Shown here piece by piece: positions 1 through 10,491 of a stretch of 64,000 bases of DNA (position 1 is its first letter; every line of letters starts with the position of its first letter). The DNA is from Phoronis australis (taxonomy: Eukaryota > Animalia > Phoronida). The position numbers were made by a program, and so were the translations under genes. The stretch covers positions 1 to 64,000 of the forward strand of contig NMRA01000528.1 in assembly GCA_002633005.1 (NCBI GenBank), given 5' to 3'. The notes beneath the pieces are model-generated. The model ran no database searches, was not told the DNA's origin, and saw nothing but the letters and a program-made list of their open reading frames with translations.

Positions 1-215
1 GGTTACGCCTGAACTCTGTGACGCCATCTCTTGGTACCTAGAATTTCAAGTTACACATTGGACACAGGAAGGAACCATCTTCTTAATTCTCATCCTTGTG
101 TTGTCTGATGCACTTCTCACAGAATGAGTGAAGGCACGGCAAACAGCTTGCGTTCCAGACATATGGGACACTCCAGTATCCGCTAGAAGTTTTCTTCATC
201 CTTACAGTGAGCCAT
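1..215 (-). pseudogene. TRIM-NHL paralogue, 5' RING-encoding part, pseudogenised (continues beyond the left edge)
   Basis: Aligns by eye at roughly 90% identity to 12229-12460, including the same ttttcag|aaaATG acceptor/start context. It has three in-frame stops at Gln codons and a net 11-nt deletion (acgtggatctgtgtaa replaced by gcttg) inside the RING. Confidence 0.9.
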
Positions 216-977
216 TTTCTGAAAAGGATAAGTAAAGGAATGGAAACCTTTTCGCGTACCTAGCCTAAAATATAGGGTGAGCTCGCCCAATTCCTGCCCT
301 TTTAGGGGACTTTTCTCGGACTATTTGTTTCTCTGAGGCGGACCTTTTTGTCCACTTCGTTCGAGCCCTCCCCCCTCCAATGGGTGCACGCATGGAACCA
401 CGTGCAACAATATACAAAGTCATTGAAGTCATCGAGGGCTCAATTTGAGTCTATTTACTCTCAGAAATCCAATAAATGGAAATGATGCATTAACAGGGAT
501 ACTCCTGGACTGCGCCTTTGCATCATTAGCGCATAAAAATATAAAAAGGCAGAAGTATATTGCAGCAGTGCACCCCCACGCGCATATTTTAAAACGTAAA
601 GATTCTAGCATAGTATGGATAAAGTGCAGGCATTTTCAAATTTCGAATTGAAAGTGATCGCCAAATATCTTGGTCATCAATTGTCCACTTTGATTGTGGA
701 TTGATATGCACGCGTGTACACGTGTGTGCGTTTCCGTTCTTTTAAATTCAGTACACGCCCACGGTAACCTCACTGACTACTCTGTCGTTTCTCAAAAGTC
801 CGACATTTAGCTACCGCGTTTTCTTGCACTCAGAAATCCCCGCATGTTCACATTATTAGGTAGGTCTAGACATAATTAAAACTTTGGTCAATGGAAGAAA
901 GTTTTCTCTTGTCCATCAATGCCAGTGGTGCACAGCTACGCAGATTTCAACAATTTTGATGGAAAAGAGATTTCCAA

Positions 978-2149
978 GGTTACATATACATGACCGAAGG
1001 TTCACTACTCAGAAGGTTCGCTACCTTCGAAAGTTCACCACTCCCTGAATGTTCACAATTCCGAAACCAGAACTGCGACAGCTCATTACTCTGATTTTCT
1101 ACTAATGATTCATAACTGAAAGTGAATAAGGTATTGTTCTTTGCGTCCATTTTGTAGCCATTTAAAGGGTGTGCAAGATTTGAAAAGTCCCGAAAAGTTT
1201 GATTTACATTGTTTACAAAAGAGCTCGGTTCCAATCACTGGCAATTCTTGAATCTAACTAAAGGCTCATACTCAGTTAGGGACAACATCTGGGACATGGG
1301 ACCGGGATGCGGCGATCAACGGCGGTTTTAAATTCAATAAGGCTGAATGAGACTTCGTGAAGACTAGCAGGGACAGGGTAGATTACTAACTACATTTAGT
1401 TTCGACCCGGCCGTGCGAGTAGTTCCGGTGGGTGAGGTTGAAGCGCAGCGGCCCTAAACTTTTCTGTTGCGCTGTGAGATGATGCGATCTGGACATGGGA
1501 TTGATGGATGTATCGTGGTTGATAATTCATCGACATTCCTACTTTATATTCTTTTAGAAATGCAACTACGTACTAATTCGTAAGACATGCGGGCAATTTA
1601 ACATGTACATAAAATTCAAACAAAGTGATTTATTAGCCGGATGTATTGTCGGTATACATAGGTGGATTTAGGGGGGCAGCCCCCCCCCCCCCTTAATTCG
1701 CTGCCGCCAAAAATAAAACAAGAAGATAGCAAGAGCGTGAGGAAATATTGAGTTCACGAATTAACCCTGGTAATGAAGAAGTGGCCGAAACAAGGTGTAG
1801 GAAGCGTCTCCCCGTATTTTTTAGTCGTGCGGCTGCATTTCAGCAAGGAGGTCCACATTCTCAGAAGTCCAAGCCCTCATTCATTTCCGGCTGGCTGCGC
1901 GCATGCAGTCGACGTGCTTTTCGCGATTGCCCGAGACAAAGTGTTTCCCCCTTATGGTATCCTAGATCCGCCACTGGTATAGTTGCATCGAATAACCGAA
2001 ATGTCGCTTATTTTTGCATGTAAAAGTACAACAGTTACACCTGAGTCAGAAATTTTAGACATTTTCGGGGTAGTGAATTTTCGGAGAGGTGAAACTTCGA
2101 AGTAGAGAGCCTTCGGAATAGTAAACCTTCGGAATAATGGGCTGTTCCC
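978..2149. mobile_element. Non-autonomous TIR element with ~16-bp subterminal repeats (ccgaaggttcactatt-like)
   Basis: 990-1065 (ccgaaggttcactactcagaagg...ttcgaaagttcacc) is an imperfect inverted copy of 2065-2140 (ggtgaaacttcgaag...ccttcggaatagtaaaccttcgg). Ends are approximate. Confidence 0.55.
1657..1976. mobile_element. MITE with 5-bp TSD (hAT-like termini)
   Basis: Imperfect TIRs cataggtggatttagg / cctagatccgccactg, flanked on both sides by gtata. Nested in the 978-2149 element. Confidence 0.7.
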
Positions 2150-2714
2150 ATTTCAAGCGATATAAGCAACATTAACAAAAATACAATCAGATGAAAAATT
2201 ATTCTCAGACTAAATATTTCCGTCCCGGCGAGTATGTAATGAGGTGTTGGCCTAATCACCCATTTAAAACAGCCCGATTTGTAAGTTTGGCAGAAAGTAA
2301 CGCGAGAACGTTAGTCTATATTTATGGATCACATTACGTCCTGTTGTTTGCGAGCAACCGTCACGATATTCTCATTTCTGGTATTACGAGTTCCGCCTTA
2401 TCTCAGGAAAATAGAAATGAGAGCCATCGTTACCGTGGATACCGATTTCCCTTCCCCATAATTAAACTGCGTCAAGCGCCTTACAAAAGAATCGAGTGTC
2501 GACGTTTGCAAAAGGTCAACCTTTCTAGAAATTCGAACCACCCCCCGCGCAATGCTGCATGGCTGTGGGCCTGACTTGACTATGTGCGTGTCCACAGATA
2601 CTGCCGCCGACTGACACGTCGGGTGTTTGCCACGTAGGCCTACTGCCGCTTAACTCGGAAGACGGCCTCACAGCCAGACAAAAATGAATCGCTACGTTGA
2701 TGTGGTTAAGAAGC

Positions 2715-3193
2715 NNNNNNNNNNNNNNNNNNNNNNNNNNNNNNNNNNNNNNNNNNNNNNNNNNNNNNNNNNNNNNNNNNNNNNNNNNNNNNNNNNNNNN
2801 NNNNNNNNNNNNNNNNNNNNNNNNNNNNNNNNNNNNNNNNNNNNNNNNNNNNNNNNNNNNNNNNNNNNNNNNNNNNNNNNNNNNNNNNNNNNNNNNNNNN
2901 NNNNNNNNNNNNNNNNNNNNNNNNNNNNNNNNNNNNNNNNNNNNNNNNNNNNNNNNNNNNNNNNNNNNNNNNNNNNNNNNNNNNNNNNNNNNNNNNNNNN
3001 NNNNNNNNNNNNNNNNNNNNNNNNNNNNNNNNNNNNNNNNNNNNNNNNNNNNNNNNNNNNNNNNNNNNNNNNNNNNNNNNNNNNNNNNNNNNNNNNNNNN
3101 NNNNNNNNNNNNNNNNNNNNNNNNNNNNNNNNNNNNNNNNNNNNNNNNNNNNNNNNNNNNNNNNNNNNNNNNNNNNNNNNNNNNNNNNNNNNN
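2715..3193. other. Assembly gap (N run)
   Basis: Run of n. Confidence 1.
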
Positions 3194-4391
3194 CTTAGTT
3201 CACAGTTTGTAAACCCAATATTAAAGCAACAAGTTCGAGTTTGAACTCGAAATTTCGAGTTTTTACTCGCGTTTGTATCACGAATATAAGGGCCTTCAAG
3301 GGCAAACTTGAACTAGAAACTCCTATGCATAAACTAGGATATAAGGGGGGTGGCCCGAACATGTTGCGTCCGGGAATTGGGCAAAGCGCGATTGTACGTG
3401 CACAGGGGGCCCGAAAGTTGTGGGGGCGGGGGCAGGCGATGAGGACCTATTGTTAGCGAAATGTATCGGGGGCAGGCGATGAGGACCTATTGTTAGCGAA
3501 ATCTATCGGTGGACTAAAAAAAAAACGGGAACATATTTGTGTCCGAGCTTCCCCTCCCCCTCGTCCCTTACCGGTCCTAGTTCCTCACGCTTCACGCTGC
3601 TGTTGTTTCATTTTGCTCATACCGCAGCCAAGGGGGGTGGGTGGGCCCCCTGCCCACCCCTTCCCCCCTAAATCCGCTGACTTGTGCTACTGTTTTGCTG
3701 TTAACCTGTTCTATATACCGATGTACAATAAACATTTTATTTACTTACCAGGTGACAGTTCAGCACCATGGCAATTTCGCCTTAGATTGTATGCTTGTCC
3801 AGGTGGACTTACTGGTTATTTGGCGACTGCCAACCCGCTACTACTGGTTCTACAACCCTGCATTTTGCACAAATGGTATGTATACTTAAAAGGATACTAA
3901 GGCCCATTTTTATGAGTCAACCAACGCCTCGTTCCGTCACCACAAACGCACAGTTGGCGTCAATCTTCCAAGTTAAAGGCACTGAGGAATCCGCTAAAAA
4001 CTCATACTTCTTAAAGTGGAACTTGCAGGCCTTATCTCTGTGATTGCCCGGCTAAGTTAGAAACACAGCACATGTAGTAGCGACGATGTGAATATGAAGT
4101 AGGTTGAAAATTGCCAAATGTTTAAAGGCGAAAGCAACCTTTTTTCGTGTCACTTTATGCAAAAATAAGGTTTGTTGATTATCCCAGACACATTTTTCAC
4201 TTAATTAAAGCTTTTCATAATTTGATTAATTTCTCGTCCTCTACTCCGGAAGTGACGTTTTGGGAGGCAAGAGTTTCGCGCCAATTTCTTTTCATTATAG
4301 TCTGACTGTGAGAGCTGTCGAGTCAGTCGTTGTTCTACCTCGGTTGTGATAAGTTCGGTCGTCGTTTGCTTTTGTTTACAAGTCAGTCAAC

Positions 4392-5031
4392 ATGCCACGC
4401 TGTTGCTGCGTGCCGGGATGTACTCATTATCGTCTCACACGCGCTTTGGGTACCTTGCATCGCTTTCCGAAGGATGACCCACTTCGCCGTACTTGGCTAG
4501 CTCGTTCATATGAAGAACGCAGCGCTACCCGTCCACGCAACGTACAAAGCAGTGGAGGTTTACCGAGTGTGTGGCAAGCATTTTCTGCCGTCAGATTATG
4601 ACATATATGTACCCTGAATTGATGAAGGTCCCTGCGAAACAACGCCTGAAGAAGGGTACCATACCGTCGCTGTTGATTCCCGGCAGTGCCCCGTCGCCAA
4701 CCCCGAGAAGTGCGTTTTTGAAGCGAGAAGCCTCGCGAGCTGTGGCCACTATATACAGTGACTGGAGGCACTTCATCTGCTGTCACCCGTGCCTCCGAAC
4801 GTACCCCATTGTGTGCAATTCCGGGAACTAGCAGTGATTCGCCCTGTGATGTTGTCTCTAGCCCAGACCCTGTAAGCAGCCCTGCAGCGATGTTGAGTAG
4901 TGGGAGTGAATACAGGCCCAGTTCGACATCAGTGAAGAGGACAGTTCGTCATCCAATGAACAGATTGGTGAGCCTATAAGTTTGATAAGTTTATTGTGGA
5001 CTTGTATTGGAGATATTTGGAAGGTGCCAGG
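4392..5031 (+). pseudogene. Degenerate THAP-domain transposase 5' region, Kolobok-type
   Basis: Joining frames gives MPRCCCVPGC..LHRFPKDDPLRRTWLA / MKNAALPVHATYKAVEVYRVCGKHFLPSDY / PELMKVPAKQRLKKGTIPSL (C2CH THAP with AVP-box equivalent). This is followed by RSAFLKRE, a Ser-rich linker and KFIV../LEIFGRC. Several frameshifts are needed. TTAAAG-type candidate termini lie upstream at ~3973 and ~4011. Confidence 0.7.
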
Positions 5032-6930
5032 NTCACGGCGCCTCTTTAGTATTTCTTCATCACTGTATTCCTGTTCGAATTGATAGCCTGTAAGACTTAA
5101 CGATCCACTTGCGAAGTCGGGATTGATGAGCCGCTCTAGCTCGTCCTAAGTCGGGATTGCGAGTTGCCATGTTGGCGTTTATTACTGACCGTTCTGTTTC
5201 AAAATGAATTATTCTCACTCTAACCAATACTTATATAAAAGTGAAACAAATTCTGTCTCATTAGATGTAATTTGAAATGCTTTTGGAGAGTTAGTGAGTG
5301 TACGAAATGATTTGAGAAGCCAGCAATGAATAGTCACTGCGTTACCGGCTTTAGGTGCAATAAAACTAATTGACGGGACACCGAGGCCGTATGAGCTCTA
5401 ATTTAGTGTTTGCTGGCAGAAACTGTTGTGAAACAACTCGATTTCCACCCCACGACCAGTTGTTAGGGGAATCTTTATTTACATTGACATTACTCAAATA
5501 ATGATTGTCAATGTACAACTTCTGCCCTAACGGTGCTGTGGCCAAAGCAGAACTGAATTCGCGGCCCCCGACGAGTAAGTAGATTTGCAGTTTTGTGACT
5601 AATTCATTCACCAACATAATCACGTGCACATTACTTTGGCTCACCAGTATAGTTTTTTTTTTCTTGACTGGAAGTTTAGTTTCCACTGAACTTTGGCTAG
5701 TTTGTTCGTGTTTCTGATCAGTTTCCGAGCCACTGGCCGGGATAACGAGTCAATCCGGCCGGCCGCCGACGGGCCTAGTCGGGCTCCGAGCCACTGGCCA
5801 GGATAACGAGCGTTTTGCGCCTTAGAACTCAAGAAAATCACAAGTCTAAACAACACAGATCTAGGTTCTCTTGTCTGTATCTCACGGAAAATACTTCGAA
5901 ATTATCTCCAAACACACCCCCAAACTCCTGCTACGGACCTTATGGCCTGCCGAACTTTGTAGGCTACGGTGTGTCCAAATACCAATAAATCCGTAAGAGC
6001 GAAATAAAACAACACGTTTTTGTAAGAACTCGGTGTATTTTTAAGGGTTTTACATCGAAGTTTGGTGATTAATTGGTGCTAAGCGATGACTCCAAGCGAT
6101 AAGCTGACACCAGTAACCCGTGTTGTGAACTGCTGAACAGAACGCGTGTGAAACCGTTGACGTAATTGGATAATTTCAACACCTCCGTCTGCCGTCAGGT
6201 GTCAGGTAACGCAACCGCACGTGTCGTTATGGAGTAGAACTACTCGATCTAAATTGATACAAATTAGTTTGTTTTTTGGGTGGCATGCTCCTTAAAGTTC
6301 ACAGAATGGACATCATGGTCTTTGTTGGGTGGTCTTTTCCCGCAGTTCAGTACCCTGAAATTCCCTAAGTGCATAAGTCACACTTGCCCGTTTATCAGTC
6401 TTTGACAGGAGTTTTTCAAATTTTCCTCCAAAGGGTTGTTGAGGTTACAGTACAGCATTTTGTTTCAGCGAGCTGGATTGGAAAGTTGTTTTCAATATCT
6501 GTTAATAGGCCAAAACCGTGGTTTTATCCGTTTAAAAGGATACTAAACCCTGTTTTGGTGATTTCAACCAATCCTCATTCTGTCACATCCATGCAATGCA
6601 TTCTACAGTAGCGTCCAACTTGACTATTAAAAATAATATACATACTCTCTGAGTCACAAACTGCATCTTTAAAGCCAAGGTCGTACTACTCCGTTTAGCA
6701 GACTAGGCCAGACCACACTCTGAGGTGTAGTACAATGAAAGCAGGGTGGCGTGAAAATGTTCAATCGTTCTGTCTTACAAGGTAACATTGATACGATTGG
6801 TTAAAAATCTGCTGCCTGAAAACGCGTCTCTTCCAAGTTTAAGAAAGAGTCAAGGAGCTTTAGTATGTCTAAAATTTTCAAAATTCACATATTGATCGTT
6901 TGAATACTGCGTGCTGTGACTGGTACATGG

Positions 6931-7072
6931 CATGGGCGGCGCACCATAAGGGGCTGGGGAAGACTATAGCCCCTCACTTTTTCAGTGCTCCGGCGCCCAT
7001 GGTCTATGAGCGGTGTATCACAGGGGGGCTGGGAGACTATAGCCCCACTTTTTCAGTGCTGCGACGCCCATG
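6931..7072. mobile_element. Short MITE with 5-bp TSD
   Basis: TIRs catgggcggcgca / tgcgacgcccatg, TSD catgg, internal duplication of gactatagcccc(t)cactttttcagtgct. Same family as 38015-38163. Confidence 0.8.
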
Positions 7073-8024
7073 CATGGTCAAAATGCATACGCCTAAATGG
7101 TTTTAGGCTATTCAAAAACCTTTTCGTGTCGTTAAAATTCTGTTAGAAAAGACGGAGGTCCGTTTTGGCGGCAAAAACCTTTCACAAGCTTCGCTTATAT
7201 CTGCATTATCACGTCGAACTCAAAATGACGAATATTGCATAGAATGAGCGTGGACGTTTGTCAGCCTAGGAATATTTGTCAAACTTCGAAAGGGCGTGGC
7301 TTTATCAAAATTTGGTAGTCGGATCGAAAGTCCCAAAATGACCTATTCCAGTATTGGTTCTTGCTCTGAAAATTTCTGTCACTAAAACTTTTTGCAACTC
7401 CGCCGGTTTTCACCCGAATTGCATATCACTAGAAAGACCTTTCTCAGTTTCTTATGGTATATGATTATTTCAGAAGCAAACGATAAGTAAGTCAATTCAC
7501 TAGAAATCATCATTTTGCATAAATTACAGATTTAAAAACATGCTTTAATTCTAAATCCAAGAGCGTTACCAGAATGAAAACTTTGTAACAGTGACATGAG
7601 GTTTTGACTGGTAGAACCAGCAGGGGGATAAATTCAATGGTCCAAACGACCCTAAAGACAAAGACTCAAGAATATGAATCTAACAACTGTTGCAAAGAAT
7701 GAAGTCAGGCATTCATCCAAAATTAAACATCTTTATTAACACCTTTGTATATATTAATTGACCTCTGATGCCGTTTAATACAGTTGCATTCTGCAGTAAA
7801 AATTTAGTATGCAGCGACATTTACAAACAAATATTAAATAATTACTCCAACAACCTATCCATAATTTGCAGAAGGTGGTTTTCTGATAGATGAAAAAAGG
7901 GCAAACATTCATTGTATAGCTTTAAAATGTACTGTGGATTACTCGTTACGTTGGTTGCAGAGTGAGACTCACTCCATAGAATTAAAAATTGGCGATCCCA
8001 AAACATGTAATGAGCAACAGGTGT

Positions 8025-8771
8025 ATTTATGCTCGGAATATGTCCCGAAAATAATAGGTGCGTCGCAAGCTCCGTTTCCAGAGATACAAAGGAGACCGTG
8101 TATAGGCGATATAAGGTCATTTATTATGACTGATAAGGTACAGAAATATGAGTGTACAAATAACATAAAGATAAAATAATAATCTCTGGAAAGATGGGCA
8201 ATAAAAAGCGCCAGCACTCAGGTAAGAGGAACTACTCAAAGTAGAGGATGGTAGAGGGTGGGAAAAATGAAGAGAGATTAGCTCGAACCTAAGTGCTGAA
8301 AAGCGAAGTACAGATGGCAGGAAATATAACTTTCTTGAGAACAAAGGAGCCCCGTGACACGTGACAATCATCAGCCTATGGGAGCCAGGAGCTGACCAAA
8401 CTCGTGGCAGTAATACAAACGAACCAATAGTGAGGCTGGAAATGGAATGTCCTAGTGCCTTGAGTGCAGGAGGACCGCATGCGAATCTACACAAGGGGTT
8501 ATTGGAAGAGTCCGAAAGATGGGGGTATAAGAGGGACGAGTCCATATTCTCGCATAAATATATTTAACGAGTGAAATGTCATTTATGCTCGGAATATGTC
8601 CCGAAAATAATAGGTGCGTCGCAAGCTCCGTTTCCAGAGATACAAAGGAGACCGTGTATAGGCGATATAAGTACTAATTTATTATGACTGATCAGGTACA
8701 GAAATATGAGTGTACAAATAACATAAAGATAAAATAATAATCTCTGGAAAGATGGGCAATAAAAAGCGCCA
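8025..8771. repeat. Near-identical ~190-bp direct repeat (8025-8213 / 8581-8771); the first copy is the left arm of a TIR element ending ~8559
   Basis: atttatgctcggaatatgtcccg...aaaaagcgcca occurs twice. tattctcgcataaat at 8545-8559 is an imperfect inverted copy of the start. Confidence 0.8.
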
Positions 8772-10491
8772 CGAGAGATGTTGAAGATATCTCATGCCCA
8801 TCCGCATGGACGCACCAAAAGAAAAGGGAGGAAAGGGAGGTATTGTGTAGATTCGCATACTTACAGAGGCTGGCAGCCGGATACCAAACCCTAACTCCAC
8901 TGAGGGGCCAAGGCTGGAGGGGGAGGTACGTTTACCCAAGTGCTGCAACAGCTGCCGGGTGTGAACTCACCCTGGTGTCGTGGCGGTAACGAACTGAACT
9001 ATAGTAAGGCTAAAAATACAAACGGAATCGTTTGTGATGGTTGAAAACGGAAATACAAAAGCTGTATTTATTTATGATTACAATGTATGTAAAATAACTG
9101 GAGCTCCTCAATCAAAGATGTATTTTCACAGGTTCAAATGCTCCATGCTCAAATGCTCCCAACATTTTGGAAACTTATGTCTTGAAAAGGAGGAAAGAGT
9201 GTGGAGTGACTCGGTTAGCTCAGTCAAAACCTAAGTTACGTTTTATAAGACTTTCAAGTCAGAATACTGTAAGGAAAACTAAGTATTTCTTCCCGCTGAA
9301 AAGAGATCTATGTTCGGACAGCCGAGGTCAGGAATTTTGCTACTAGGGGGAGATTTTTGGGAATTCCATTGAATGAAAGAACATATCCAAAATATAATTA
9401 AGACGAAATGCATTTTATTTTCCTTTGCGACAGATAGTATCCATGTGAATGCTCCCATCTAGACGTGTTTGTAAATTACCAGGAATCTCTCTGAATAGGG
9501 CACTAGATTGGCGCAAGGGTTGCCTTTAATATGTGTAACTGTTTCGTTGTTCATTGGTGTTCAGGTGACTTATAAGCCCAAGAGGCTGAAATGTGTTGTA
9601 TGTATAGTTTACTCATTTTGTGTATGTATTCTGTGAAGCATCCGAGTCACTGTAATAAATATTTAATAAAAATATGTATGTTACAGTAAGTAAACGAAGA
9701 GACATTGTACCACATTTTTGTTAGTTGTCATGTAACTAAAGAAATTGTTGTCAATGTTTTTTTGAATGTCTGTTGCATAGTTTCTCATGTCCAACTTTCG
9801 AGAATGAAAAAAAAACGTACAACTGTTTTGAAAATCTAGACTTCCGGATAAAAAGCGGTACATCTGGATTCAAGCCAAACCGCAAGGGTAAACATTTCGC
9901 AGCAGCACACAAAACGTCCCCACTAGCGCTTTTTATGGAAGGGGAGACATAACACCCAAAAAAGTCCGCGGGTCACGTGCTGGAGTTGACATTTCAGTGC
10001 TAGAGTTCTACGTTCATACACTGTAGCAACTACTATGAAAATAAAGTCTTACCGCAAAAGGTAATCAAGGTCGTTTACTAGGGTAAATCATCACTCTAAT
10101 GATAACAGCACTAGTTCATGCATGATCCCCACTGGAACGATACTTAAACACTACCTGATTTTTGGTCAGCAATAACGTGCTTTCACTCCTTCCCGAAACG
10201 TCGCCTTTTCGTGGAGTCAAATCTACCCTCCATAAGTTTCATGAATGTCTGGCCAATGATGCGAACTGAGGTCGCACAACAACAGATGCGTCTTTCAAAG
10301 CGGAGAATGGTTGACTGTGACTGAAATTCGGACTAGCGCAAATATGAAATACCTTCGAGGAAAGAATTTGCCAACACAAAAATATTCGAGATGTTGGTGT
10401 GGCCCCTCTCGGCATTCAGCAGAGGACGCATTAAGTTAGCCATTGTGAAATGGCTGGTGCCAGTTAATAACACACACATGACAACTCAATG

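Noticed and set aside
1-215. Alternative genetic code (TAR=Gln) suggested by the three Gln-to-stop changes
   Set aside because: The same copy has a frameshift, ATP13A1 ends in TAG, and the intact ORFs contain no in-frame TAR.
2684-3244. Long X-containing ORFs (also 61458-62244)
   Set aside because: Artefacts of N gaps.
3430-3510. Short local duplication ggggcaggcgatgaggacctattgttagcgaaat (also ccgagccactggcc.ggataacgag at 5726-5810)
   Set aside because: Simple two-copy duplications with no further structure; the first lies close to a gap edge.
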